DNA of 63,835 nt, the filler included, from Folioceros fuciformis (taxonomy: Eukaryota): the NCBI GenBank assembly GCA_049999805.1. It is 4 parts of 4 records of this genome, joined end to end, with 100 filler letters (N's around TTAATTAATTAA, not from the genome) between each part and the next. Parts side by side here need not be neighbours in the genome. Positions count along the whole stretch, not along the records: positions 1 to 21,582 come from JBNGIO010006177.1; 3 more parts are not named here. One strand, written 5' to 3'. The number at the start of each line of letters is the position of its first letter. The stretch's first letter is position 1. Shown in pieces: positions 1 through 12,700 of the stretch. Below the pieces are notes generated by a model that saw only the letters and a list, made by a program, of their open reading frames with translations, was not told the DNA's origin and did not search any database. The position numbers were made by a program, and so were the translations under genes.

Positions 1-2595
1 AAACAGGTGACCAGTCAGAAAATGAAAGCACTGAAAGCATGCAGGCTGCAACAGAAGGTGTTGAACCTGAACCTGCATTTCGTAGGGGCACAAACTTAGG
101 TTGAAGGAGACATACCTCCTCCCCAAGTGAATGGCAAAACCCCCCATTAACATACAGTTCTTTCCTAGTACATGAGGAGGGTGAACCCATAGACCTGAAT
201 GAACCCCAGTCATACAAAGAAGCCAGAACAGGCTCAGAGGCATCCAAATGGGATGAAGCCATTTAGTCTGAATATCAGTCACTACTAGACAATAAGACGT
301 GGGAGCTGGTTGATTTGCCTCCTGGTAGAAAACCTTTAACATGCAAATGGGTGTTTAAGAAAAAACTCAATCAGGATGGCACGAGAGCAAGATACAAGGC
401 ACGACTGGTGGCTAGAGGCTACAGTCAGGTAGCAAGGTTAGACTATACAGAAACCTTCTCACCTGTTGTGAGGGCGACATCTGTACGGACCTTGCTGGCG
501 ATTGCTGCACAGTATGACTTTGCCATGCACCACATGGATGTAAAATCCGCATTCTTGAATGAGACTCTTGAAGAGACCATCTTTATGAGGCAACCTGAGG
601 GCTTTGAGGACAAGAACCACCCAAGCAAGGTTTGCAAGTTATTAAAGACTATATATGGACTGAAACAGTCCCCAAGGGCATGGTTCAAAAGGATTGATGC
701 CTACCTAAAGCAGTCAGGCTTTGCACAAAGTGATGCGGACAGTAATGTGTACAAAATATCTGACAAGGAAGGGACAACATACCTGGCGTTGTATGTAGAC
801 GACGCGGTGATCATTGCCAGCAACCCTGCACTAATGGACAAGGTGAAAAGCATACTCAAGTCAGAATTCTGCATGTCTGACTTAGGTCAGCTCACCTACT
901 TCCTAGGTGTCCAAATTCTCCAGAACCTGGCCACACATACTGTGTTCATTCATCAAACACAGTTCATCAAGCAAGTCGTAGTCAGATTCAAAATGCAAGA
1001 TTGCAAACCAGCAGCTACTCCTATGGCTGTAGGGGACAAACTATCCCAAGACTAGTGCCCAAAGTCAGAGGATGAGAGGCGAAAAATGGAGTCTATTCCA
1101 TGCAGGTCTGTAGTGTGCACCCTCATCTATTGCAGAAGCTGGTCTCGGCCAGAGTTATCCCATGCAGTGGGAGCCATAGCTCAGTTCTTGACAAACTACG
1201 GGACTGCTCACTGGGTAGCAGCACAGCGCATTCTGAGGTATCTAAAAGGAGCACCAAGCTTGGGCTTGCTGTACAAGCAAAGAATTGAGCGGCTGCTACT
1301 TACCTGCTTCTCCGACGCTGACTGGGCAGCAGATAGTGACACCCGACGTTCAATCTCAGCAAACTGCTTGATGTTGGGGAAGAACGAGTTTGAAGCAACC
1401 ACAGTCGGGTGGTATAGCAAGGAACAACACGTTGTCGCCCTGTCTTCAACAGAAGCAGAATACACAGCTACTGCTCAAGCAGCACAAGATGTGGTCTATA
1501 CAAGAGGACTGCTAGCATCCCTGGGAGAGCATTAGACTGCTCCAACCCTACTTCTTTGCGACAACCAATCGGCCTTGCTCTAGCCAGAAATCCAGTTGCA
1601 TATTGACATCAAGCATCATTTTATTAGACAAGTCATTAGCGAGGGGAATGCTAACCTGCAGTATTGCCCTACAGACGAGAATGTAGCCGACCTACTGACA
1701 AAAGCTCTTCCAAGAGACAAGCATGAAAAATTCTGTCGGGCCATGGGGCTCTTAGAAATGCCTGACACCTAAACTGCACACCATTCTTAGGTAGCATCAT
1801 CTTGACCACGTAACCCTGCGGTCCTCCAGTCGTTGAAGCGGCAAAAGGGCATGACAGTGGTGCATTTGTACCAAGGTTCTGCAAGAACACAAAGCAAGCC
1901 AAGTCAGTTGCAATCTGGGTGGAAAAGCAAGTCAGTGGGAGGCAAGGCAAGAAGGAATCACCGTAGCGGAGTATCAGCCTGCCGCCTTCAGCAAACTCGC
2001 TACCGGCATACATGAATTTGTTGGAGCAGTTGGGGAGATACCGGAAGGGAGCATCTGGAACTAGTTGCGGGTACTCTTGAGCGTGCCGCCAGCACGAGTG
2101 CGCAGCCTCAAGCTCACCCTCCAAGGATCGCAGCTTAGAAAAAATCAACGCAAAGTTGACACAGCCTCCTGGAGCGCCACAAGGCGTGGACGACGAGCAT
2201 CACTAGAACAGCAAACTGAGCAAGCACGAGAACTGTCGAAGTGTCCATCTTCAGCGGCGGAACGTCGGCAACCCTAGCGGAAACTCAGCGGCGCAACGGA
2301 ACTGCAGCAACGAACACGTCCGTCAAGTTATGCTTCCTAAGTGGGAGTGTAGAAAATGCTAGGTCACATATTTAAGTAGAAAGCATAATTAGGTAAATTA
2401 AATTAAAAACCCCAAAATGGTAGATCGTAATGGGTGCATCAAAATGACGCACCCCAAACCCTAACCGGCATCCATGCCATGGGACGTGACCAACCGTCGC
2501 GTGGCCGCGCTTAAAGAGCCACCGGCTCAAACAATATAATTAATTCTTTGCCTAAATCTCTCTCTCTCACCTAATCGATCCTAGATTTATCTGCA
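1..2595 (+). mobile_element. Ty1/Copia LTR retrotransposon, 3' part (RT, RNase H, 3' LTR), degenerate
   Basis: RT motifs KARLVARG, MDVKSAFL, LYVDD; RNase H DADWA...ALSSTEAEY; in-frame TAG stops; PPT AAGTGGGAG 2339-2347; LTR TGTAG..CTGCA 2348-2595. Confidence 0.95.
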
Positions 2596-4247
2596 GTCTA
2601 CTGGGTCCTACCTTCTCAGCAGTCCTATACGCCCACAAGGCTGAATGGAGCTTCCTATCCCAGTCATGAGCATAGGTGACGGTGAGTTTGCTAAGAATCT
2701 TGCACAACAGCCCGTTAGCCTTCTCCGTGAGGCCATTGGCCTTAGGGTTGTAGGGAGTGGTCTTCCTATGACTGATATTGAAATATTCAGTCATGTGCTT
2801 GACCACTTCATTAATGAAGTGAGTCCCCCTATCACTCACCAGCTCCAACGGGCATCCATACCTCATGATGATTTGCTCAAACAAAAATCTGGCCACCACA
2901 TTTGTTGTGTCCACGGGCAAAGCTTGAACCTCCCCCATGCGTGTGCAGTAGTCGGTTGCCACCAGGATGTATTGGTTCTGCCTTCCCTTGGACTTGGGCT
3001 GAATTGGTCCTACAAAATCAATCCCCCACTGCTCAAATGGTGCTAGAGCTAGGATGGGGACCAATGGCCATTGTGTTGTCCTGGTAGGGTTCCCCACCCT
3101 TTGGCACGCATCACACCTCTTGATGAATTCCCCAGCATCAGCATGCATTGTTGGCCACCAATACCCTGCTGCTAGAATTTTTCTGCAGGTTACATGGGCT
3201 GCATAATGACCTCCAGCCTCTCCCTCATGCAAGGAGCTGATAACCTGCTCCACTTGGTCATGGTTGACCCACAAACGCTCCACTCCATCAGCTCCTGTGC
3301 GATACAGCTTGCCCTTATGCTTAACTACTAGCCTCGTGAAATAAAGGAACAACCGTTGCTACTGCCATGAGAGATGAGGTGGAAATTCCCCCATGCCTAA
3401 AAAATCAAATACCTCCTGGTAAGATGGTTTGCGGACCCCTCTTCTCCCCTTCTCATTCGGCGCCACACCTCCATCTCTTGGCAGCTTAGCATTTGGTTTG
3501 GCCCTTTCCTTCCCAACTAGCTCTGCTGAAAACGCCTCATTCGAAAAGTCATCTTCCTGGTCTTGAACTACTTTCTCTATCTTCAGCCTTGACAGGAAAT
3601 CAGCATTCACATGTCTGCGCCCTTCTCTTATTTCCACAGTGAATGTGAACTCCTGTAGGAGCAAAATCCAGCGGGCTATCCTGCCCGATAGATTTGCCTT
3701 GTTGACCAAGTGCTTGAGAGCAAAATGATCAACATGGAAGACAAACTCATAGGAGGGGAGGTAATGACGAAATTTATGACATGAGTAGACCATGCCAAGG
3801 GCCTCCCTCTCGGTTGTGGTGTACTTGCGCCACATTGGGGCCACCCACTCTCAATTCACAATGGGAAAAATCACATTTGCCTTCAAGTACTGCTCCAGCT
3901 GTTCCTTTACCTTCATGGAGTACTTTGGATTCAACTTGTATTGTGGAATTCAAACGGGGATAGCTCCTGGTTCCAAGTCAATCTTGTGCTCCCCCCATTC
4001 TTTGGGAATTCCCTTCATGTCCGTCACCTCAAAGGCAAACACATCGATGAACTCAGCCAAGAGTTGCTTCATCCCCTCCTCCAATGTGGCATCCAGCTAT
4101 TTTGCAAACTTCAACACTTTGCCTGGCAGTACCTCCACATCCTTGATTTCATTAGCCTGCACCCATTCACACTCCACCGGTGCTGAGCTGACTCGAAACC
4201 CCTCCTCCGGCTCCCAGGGATCTTCCTCCCTCATTCCCCTTTCCTTG
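2596..4247 (-). pseudogene. Ty3/Gypsy pol remnant (RT N-terminus, RT core deleted, RNase H, integrase), inverted relative to its LTRs
   Basis: EHKIDLEPG...EWVAP is fused directly to RKYTTTEREALGMVY...RIARWILLLQEF. Integrase has an HHCC zinc finger and WGIDFVGP...SDRGTHF...GLTE (DDE). Confidence 0.92.
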
Positions 4248-4520
4248 ATGTTCAGGAGAGGAGGAAGAAGTGGCACGACCAGAAGTTGCATAAACAAGAG
4301 TATGTTGTGCCTGGAGATTATGACAATAGGTACATGCACTTTCTAGTGAAGCTGCACTTGAGATGGATGGGACCTTACAGGGTGCTAGAGGTGTGTAAGA
4401 ATGGGTCCATTCAACTGCAGCACCTCAACAGCCCTAACTTACCAACCAAGGTTAATGGTTGGCGTGTGAAGAAGTATTATCAGTAGTTGGTGAGGACGCC
4501 AATAAATGAGAAGGGGAGTA
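4243..4520 (+). pseudogene. Gypsy integrase C-terminus (GPY motif) and polypurine tract
   Basis: DVQERRKKWHDQK...LHLRWMGPYRV...VNGWRVKKYY* followed by GAGAAGGGGAGTA immediately before the LTR. Confidence 0.9.
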
Positions 4521-7500
4521 TGTGGAGACCACATGGTAGATACGCCTCTTAGAAAATGGGTGGTATTTGTTTTTTTTGGAGTTTTGATAGAATTCCTTGG
4601 AGAGGTAATTAGGAAACTATGTTAGATAAGGCTAGATTAAATAGGATGATCAGGAGATAGTGGTGGTGCAGTTTAGAAAATCAACAATCGTCTAGCTAAC
4701 CCTTGGCCGTGGAAAATGTGAAGTAGGGGGTAGGGTGTGCCCGTGGAAAGGGACACCGGCTTGTGTGGAACCCTAAGTCGGGCGTGTGAGGGGTGAGTTG
4801 GGGCCTCGGGAGCGTGCGGAACGGCGTGTGAGGGTGAGTTGGGGCCTCGGGAGCGTGCGGAACGCGGTTGGGCATAGGCATGGGGGTGGCGTGCTTAGAC
4901 TTGCCATGGCCTTGCCCAGGTGCGCCGGGGGGGCTGAGGATCCTGAGAGCAGGCAGCTGGATAGGCCAGGAGTAGGGCCAGGCTTGGCCGGATCCTGGTC
5001 AGCAGGTGGGCCGACCTGCTGCTGTGGGGCTCTCGACAGGCCGACTGATCGGTGGCTGCAAGCCTCACCTGGATTCAACAGGCCGGGGTGACCACAAGAT
5101 GGCTCCAGGCAGGGTGGTAGGAGGGTGGCCTAAGGCGGGTACCTAGGTTGGCTGCCTGGCCGAGGCTTGGAGCCAGCAACGGCCGGCTGGTCAAGGCTGA
5201 AGGCTGGAGGCGAAGGCGGGCTGCGAGGGCTTGAGCAGTCTGGCCGGCTACCTGGACTATGGTTAGCCGGCGGCCTATTGGCAACATGGGGACCGGCCAG
5301 GATGCTAGCAGGCAGCCAGGAGGATAGTCGGAATAGCGACGGGTTGGCTGTTCGGCTAGCCATGCTGTACGGTTGGTTGAAGCTGGAAGAGGGGGTGGTG
5401 TGGACCCCGTTGGATGTTTGAAGGCAAGGTCAGCGCCAGTGGCCGCGATTAGGGCTGCTGGCCTGGGTCATGGCGAGCAAGTGGCAAGTCGGGCAAGCGG
5501 CGGCGCTGTGTAGCAGGCCGGGGCCCGGCTGAGGACTCGGCGGGGTCTAGCAGGCAGGTGGCGGGGCGGATCCTACCAAACGGCTGCAAGCAAGCAGCCC
5601 AGTACCGACTGCAGACGAGCAGCTTGGTCTAGTTGCAAGCAGGCAGCCTGGCCTAGCTGCAGGCCGCCAGCCACTGCAAGAAGGTAGCCTCGTAGCGGCA
5701 GTAGGGACAGGTTGGTGTGTGGTTTTGGCCAGAGGGTAGATCCAACCAGGCACCCAGCGGGTTGGGGGAAGTCCTGGCCGGAGGGAGTGTCACATCGGCA
5801 GGCTGGCTGCCTACCAGATCCGGAAGGCAAGAGGCCGGTTTGCGGCCTCTGGGGATGGAGGAGCCAGGCAGCGGCGCTGGATATGCGGGTGTACCAGGCC
5901 GGTAGGCAGGTTGGTCGACCAGATGGGCAGTCTGCCTGGGGGAGCCAGCCAGCCAGGGTGCAGGCGGCCTGGCTGGGTGCTCGGGGCTGGCGGATAGCGG
6001 CCAGTTGGAAGGGGTCCTGGTAGGGGAAAGCCTTGCCGAATCGGCGAGGTGGCCACCAGGAGGCTAGCAGGCTAGCCGGGTTGGCTGATTGGTTGCGGCT
6101 AGAGGTGGCCTAGCAGGGCCTTGGAGGACGGTTGGGCCAGCAGCGGCGCAGCTGCAGGTGGGCAGCCGGCGGCAGCAGCCAGTGGGAGACCTGCTGGCTG
6201 GCAGGCAAACCTGGCAGGCTGGTTGGATCCCGAAGCCAGGCAGCAGCCTGGCTGGCTATCTTAGCCAGGTAGCGGCCTGGCTGGCTATCTTAGCCAGGCA
6301 GTCGCCCGGCTTGCTGGCAGCCGGGGCAGATCCAGGCTGGTTGGGACTGGGGCTGGATCCGGAGGTTACCAGGCAGGCCGACAACGCAAGCAAGCCAGGG
6401 GCGGTGCCGAATCCTGGCGGGCTGTGGCTGGCCGGTCCTGCAGCCAAGCAGCAGGCAAGCAGGCAGCCCCGCAGCGGTGGAGATAGGCCAGATGGGGGCA
6501 AGGCGCTCCGAGGGGCTGTGGCAGGTCTCCGGGGCAGTCTATGGCAGACCGGTGGCCAGCTGGTGGTCTAGCGGGCTTCTAAGGAGCCTAGCCAACAGCC
6601 CATCGTTCTAGGCAGCCCAGTAGCGTTAGCTGCACCAGACAGCCAAGCCGGGCAGGCTGGCTGGCTAGCTGGATTTGGAAGGCAGACAGCCAGATAGGTT
6701 GCTGGAGCGCTGGCTGGAGCATGGCCAAGCAGCCAGGCAGCCAGGCAAGGCTGCCAGATCTAGGCAGATGCTGGCCGGATGGACAAACAACCCAACCCGG
6801 CCTTGGGAGTAGGAGGTCGGCGGAGCTAGGCCAAAGCCAGGAAGGCTGGTGGCTGGCGGGCTGGCCGGATTCGGAACAACAGCGCAGGCAGGCTAGGTGG
6901 GTATGGTCGGCCTAGCGGGACGCTGGAGGCGGGTTGTCGGTAGGGCGCTCTGGGCATGGTAGGCCGAGGCAGGGCTGAGGTAGGCCACGTGGCGGCGGGT
7001 TAGCCGGATCCGCAGGGGTGGCAGGCTGGGAGCCTGATATGGGCTACGGCGGCTGGCCAGTGGGCTCACGCGGCCCCCTGACTAAGATCAGATGGCAGGC
7101 TGGCTGCGGCTGGTCGAGCTGGGGCCAAGCAGCCATTGGTCGACTAGAGGCCGGCTGGGTGAAGTCCAGGCCGGGGGGGAATCCTAGCAGATGGCTGGCC
7201 AAGTAGCATCTGGTTGAGGAGCGGGCAGCCCTGCCCGGCCAGGCAACCAGGCAAGGCTACCAGATCCAGGAGGTGGCCAAAGTCCGGGTCGTAGGTGGCC
7301 GGATCCAGGCAAACAGGGGGTCATGCATCCAGGCTAGTGCAAGCGAATTGAAACCAGACAGGCGGCTGGCTGCAAGGGGCAGCATCCAGTGGAGGCAGGT
7401 AGGCTGGTCGAGGCCGGGTAGAGCAGGCCAGCTTGAGGGCAGCCTGGCTAGTCGACGAGTAAACCGGCTGCAGGGGAATTCAGCCAGATAGTCGGGCTGA

Positions 7501-9317
7501 TCCGACTGGCTGGCAGGCGAATCCAAGCTCGGCCGGATCGCTAAGGCTGGACAGGGCCGGGATGGCAGGATCCAAGCAACCATGGCAGGTTGGCCGGGAT
7601 CGCGTTTGGCAGGTTGGCCGGGATCGCGTTTGGCAGGTTGGCTGGCTAGAAGGCACCGAGAGGCCTGGATTGGGATCTAAGTAGGCGACTGCTAAGCGGG
7701 CGGACTAGATCCAAGTGGTTGGCTAGCCTAAGCAGATGGCAAGGCGGTGGCGGCGCAGCCAGGCTGCAGGATGGCTAGGCAGCCGAGCAAGGCTGCCGGG
7801 TCCTGGGAGGCGAGGCTCGAAGTTGGGGATTCAGGGACAAGGTGGAGGGGAAGCCGCTCGAGTCATGCTTCGAGCAGGGAGGCTACGGTGGTGTGGACAA
7901 AGGTTGGGGGCGCAGCCCGCCAGGTGAATGCGTGTAGACAAAACTGACGGACCTGCGAACTGCCCCATCCAGGCGGAAAGCCTAGTACAGGCGTGTTGCT
8001 AGCGGGTGGGAAGCCCAGTGATAGTTATGTTGGCAGAGATGGTGGATTGTCGCTTCATGCTTACAAGGTGCCCACTCAGGGGCACTAGATGAGTAGCTCT
8101 GCTGGGTCATGGGCCTTGGCCAGCAGAATGGAGGGAAGGATATGAAGATGGTGGGGTCTCTGAAGGATTGCAGATGATCTAAGGGAAAGGAGAGGATCAG
8201 AGAGGGGAAGAGATTGTCGAGAAACACTCACGATTCTTGGTAGTTTTGAGAGGTTGATTATTTTTTATAAGAGCAACCAGGGGCACAAGTCGGGGTTAGA
8301 GTTACGTCAAAGTAAGGTTAGGTCAGAGTTAGGTTTAGGGTTTTGACGAGTGGAGGGTTCTATCTGAGGCATGCTGACCTGGTTAGGTAGTGACAGGGGG
8401 TTCCTTGCCAAGGGAGTATAAGAGGCCAGGCTTGTCATTGAGGGGGGAGGTTTTTTTTGGTTAAAAGCTCCCTTGACCCTGTGTTGCAGGCTGTTGGGTT
8501 AGAGGGTTAATCCAGTGTGCAGATGCACCTCGGCCTTGATTCCCCATGCCACTAGGGGAACGTGGCGGCTCCCAAAATTGCTGAGATCTGGTTGGCCAGA
8601 TCCGCAAGGGCTGACCTCTCTTGCATGCTGGTTGGGTGGTTGGGGTACCTTGATGTCCCTAAGGGGTTTCCAAGGCGACAGAGTGCAGGGCTGTGAGCCA
8701 AGGAGGCTATCCAGCCTGGGTCTGCACATCCCTGCCTTAAGGACTGCAAGTGAGGGGTTGTTGTGTTCCAAAGATCCAGGAGTGACACGTGAGGGTGAAG
8801 GGCTGAAGAGTTGAAGTGTTGGAGTAGACACTTGAAGTGCTGGAGTAGAGACTTGAGGTGCTGGAGTTTGGAGTGGTTGTGCTGAGGTGAGGAGCTTAGG
8901 TGCTGAAGTTCTCAATCAGTTGTTGAGGTGAGGAGCTTAGGTGCTGAAGTTCTCAATCAGCTGTTGAGGTGGCTGGCACTTAGGGCTGAGAGTGGAGGTC
9001 GAGGCCAAGGCTAGGGCCTCCTCCCAACTGCTGAGGCGGTTGAAACCCGGAGCTGGAAGTGGGAGGTGAAGATGATGCTGAGTCCTCATTTAACCAGGGT
9101 TGTGGTTGGTGTTGAAGACAAGGTTCTGGTCTTTTTGCTGTAGGGTGGTTAGGTCTAAGAGCCGGCTGATAGATAGGATTAGATCTGGGTAGTGTGGGCG
9201 AGATTGTGGGGGACCTTGACACTAGTTCACTCCCTTGGGAGCGAATCCTAGAACTACGATGATAATAAGGGGGAAGTGTGGCCCTTGGTGGTTCTTGGGT
9301 GCAAGTTCCACTCCACA
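4521..9317 (+). mobile_element. 4.8-kb Gypsy LTR with GC-rich interior
   Basis: Starts TGTGGAG and ends CTCCACA (7-bp terminal inverted repeat). Preceded by the PPT, followed by the PBS. Homologous to 18101-21582 and 38449-43566. TATA-like TATAAG near 8417. Confidence 0.92.
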
Positions 9318-9320
9318 TTT

Positions 9321-9338
9321 TGGCGCCGTTGTCGGGAA
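9321..9338 (+). promoter_or_regulatory. Primer-binding site complementary to tRNA-Asp 3' end
   Basis: TGGCGCCGTTGTCGGGAA, 3 nt after the LTR end; two mismatches to TGGCGCCGTTGCCGGGGA, typical of Athila-like non-chromovirus Gypsy elements. Confidence 0.85.
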
Positions 9339-9527
9339 GTGACATTGTTGTCAAGGTTTAGAGGGAATTGACTTGGATAGGGGCTTGTACAAGGGAATGT
9401 GGCAGGGCTGATGGATGCCCCGCATAGGAGCTGAAGATTTCAACTCCAGCTATGAAAGAAGGGGAGCTGATGGAAGGGGGCTGTGACCCAAGGGCTGATG
9501 GACCTGGTGGTGATGATCCGGGGGTCA

Positions 9528-9705
9528 CAAGGTTCACCTCTAAGACCCGTTCCCTATCCTCATCATGCTGCACAAAACTGGTTAGCCTCTCCAGTTGGCT
9601 CTCCTCCACGGGCAATCGATTGCCCTCCTGCATTCTCAAGGTGGGTACCTCAAATTCGATGGGCATGACCGGTGAGTGTCCATAAGTGAGGTAATAGGGG
9701 GTCTG
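9528..9705 (-). pseudogene. Gypsy integrase segment continuing the inverted pol across the Copia insertion
   Basis: Minus strand reads QTPYYLTYGHSPVMPIEFEVPT...VLEVNL, the natural continuation of LWAYRTAEKVG at 16176+. Confidence 0.88.
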
Positions 9706-12700
9706 TGTAGAAAATGCTAGGTCACATATTTAAGTAGAATGCATAATTAGGTAAATTAAATTAAAAACCCCGAAACGGTAGATCGTAATGGGTGCGTCAA
9801 AATGACGCACCCCAAACCCTAACCGGCATCCATGCCATGGGACGCGACCAACCGTCGCGCAGCTCAAACAATATAATTAATTCTGAGCCTAAAACTCTCT
9901 CTCTCGCCTAATCGATCCTAGATTTATCTGCATGGTATCAGAGCAGGAACGTTGAATGGATCCCGCATCTCCCCAATCTGTATGTACAGTCTGCAGGAGT
10001 GTAGATTGCATCAAGAACTTGTCTCACGAGCAATTTAGGCTAGTAATCAATGCACTAAAGCTGTCTTTGGCCAGGTTTGGGGAGGTGACTGATACATTCT
10101 TGGCAAGCGCTATCTACCATTACTATAGTTGATAGATAGCGCCATGCCTAGGAGAAAGAGTGGTAGGAATTCCAGTCGACCTGACCCTTTTGCTTCATAC
10201 CCAGGAGAATTAGTCCAGGAGCAGCACAAAAACCTGAACAATTTCTTCTCAAACATTGTGCAACCTGCATTCAACCCAAATCCATCTGTTACACAGGTAC
10301 AACCACCTAGGTGCATCAAACCAGATCCCTTGTCACACCTGAGGAGACAAGTCAGGCAGAAAATTCTTGATGCACAAAAGGTTTCACAATCTCACTCAAT
10401 TTTCTCACAGCAAAAGGACAGGTTTGCACATGTCAGGTCGTCTCTATGTCAGGACTGCATAAATGAGGTTAAGTCTTTTCCCTCACCTACTGATCAATTC
10501 CTTGTTGAAATATACAATTTAGTCAAGACGCAATCCCAGCGCACACATGATTGCATCCTAGCTGCCACAAATATAATCCTAGACAGGCTGAATACGCAGC
10601 CCCAGTCTCGCAAGCTCAACCCTGCAAGGGGACAACAACAAAAAACAGCAAATCAATTTTAGAAATTGAGAGGGATGCCTAGTAGAGGGTTGTTGTTGCT
10701 CAACCTTAAGGGCTGCACATGTCATATGAGGGTCGTAGGAACCGTGGTGGAAGGTGTTCCCGTTACACACGGAGACCAGCAAGTGGTCAAGGTGCTGGAC
10801 GTGGTGTAAGGAACACGTCTGGAGATCCAGATTTTGATCAGCATCTTCCTGACGAGTCCCTGTCTTCCTCACACCAACATACTCCAGATCAGACTGCAGA
10901 TCAATCAAGTACTTCCACAGCTGCGCCTGCACATCACCTTGCACAGTTAGCCCTGATTGCACAAGCCTTATAGGGTAGCCAAGCTACTAGAGCAGCACAA
11001 CTAGCACAAGTTACTAGGTCTGTCTTAGCTGCACACGTTCTTAACACCATGGCAAATCCTGGAGGAGGAACAGTGCATAATACCACAGTAAACAATTTTA
11101 GAATTGAATTCAAAGAAAAAGATCATTTTTCTGGAGCCCAGTTCGACATTTGGGCCCTTCGAGTGAAGACAATCCTCAGGGAGAATGACCTCTGGGAGGT
11201 TGTGACCAGAACCGAGCCCAAACCTGCTGCAACAGCACCCCAAGCTGATCAGGAGGCTTGGACTAAGAAGGACTTGAGAGCCCTAGCAATCATCCAATCT
11301 GCATTGGATGGATCTATGATGAGCTACACCTTGGATGCTGAATTTACAAAGGCGGTCTGGGACTCACTGTCTCAAGCTCATCAAGTAGTAAACGGTTCCT
11401 CAGTTGTGGCTGCCACAAGGGCCTTCTACAACTATAAGACGAAGGAGAGTGATACCATTGAACACCATGTAAGCAAGTTTCGGGCTGTAAGGTCCAAGCT
11501 TACCTCGAGTGGTACAAAGACCACTGAAATGCAGGCAACAGTTGCGCTGCTCCTCTCACTTCCAGAAAGCTACAGGACATTTGTTAGCAACCATAGTACC
11601 TCGCTTCACGAATTGCACAATCAACATCTGCAAATCAGGTATCGGCTGTGACCCTATCAGATGTGATAGGAGCACTCCTAGAAGAGGAGTCCTCAAGGAC
11701 TGCCAACAAAGGTAGCCACAGAGGAGATGGCTCCAACAGGGTACCCTTCACTGAGAGGGGCCCTAGGAGACCACAACCATCACGGCAGCCCTGGCAGCCT
11801 AATCAAGTAGCAAACAAGAAGCAAACTGGACCATCAACAGCGAAGAAAAAGGGATCTTGCAACTGGTGCTTGATCCTAGGTCACTACGAATCTGAGTGCA
11901 GGAAAAAGAAGGCCGGCGAACCTCAAAGAGCTGCACCAATTGCTGAGAGCAATATTGTCTAGAGAAAGGGGAATACCAATCCCAGCAGCCATGCCATCCT
12001 AGCAGTCTGCATGGTGGCTACCACCGAAGTCAATGACACTTGGTACCTTGACTCATGTGCATCGTCTCACATCTGTCATAACCGTGGTTCCTTTGTGAAC
12101 TACTATAAAATGCCTCCAGGGCAAGAGGTCCTCTTAGGTGATAACAGAGGGCTGGAGATAGCAGGCATGGGTACAGTCCCCTTACTGCTAACTAACAACA
12201 CAACAATAAATTTGCTGCATGTACTTCATGTCCCTGCCATGGTCAAGAACTTAATCTCAGTCAGCAAGTTCACCATCCAGCACATGGTGGCCATAGCATT
12301 TGAGGGTACTGATAGCTTAATCACAAATCCTAAGCTTAAACACAAAGTCCTAGCTACAGGCACACCTGTCGACAACCTCTATGCTTTAGATGTCGCCTCT
12401 AAGTTTGGTAGACCTCCACAACTCAGCCAGGCTGCATTACGTCAGCAGCAATCCATGTTATGGCATTACAAACTTGGACATGTCAACTTTGACAAGTTGC
12501 AGACCATGGTGACAGACAATACCTTATATAGAGAGAAGTTCCTACTGAGGTTCATGGACAAGCAGTTTTGTGAGGCCTGTGTGTTTGGGAAACACTACAG
12601 GCTACCTTTCAAAGACACCAACCCCACTCGGGCCACAAAGTTGCTGGAAGTGGTCCATTCAGACCTATGTGGACCAATGTCCACTAACTCTCTAGGGGGA

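Noticed and set aside
2138-2144. T-TTT-TTC as a programmed -1 frameshift site in the antisense ORF
   Set aside because: A -1 shift enters a short closed frame. The long frame needs +1, which a homopolymer indel explains more simply.
4696-7947. Dozens of overlapping Gly/Ala/Arg/Pro-rich ORFs (also 18276-21527 and 38701-42448)
   Set aside because: They are by-products of GC-rich LTR sequence, show no domain motifs, and are not conserved between LTR copies.
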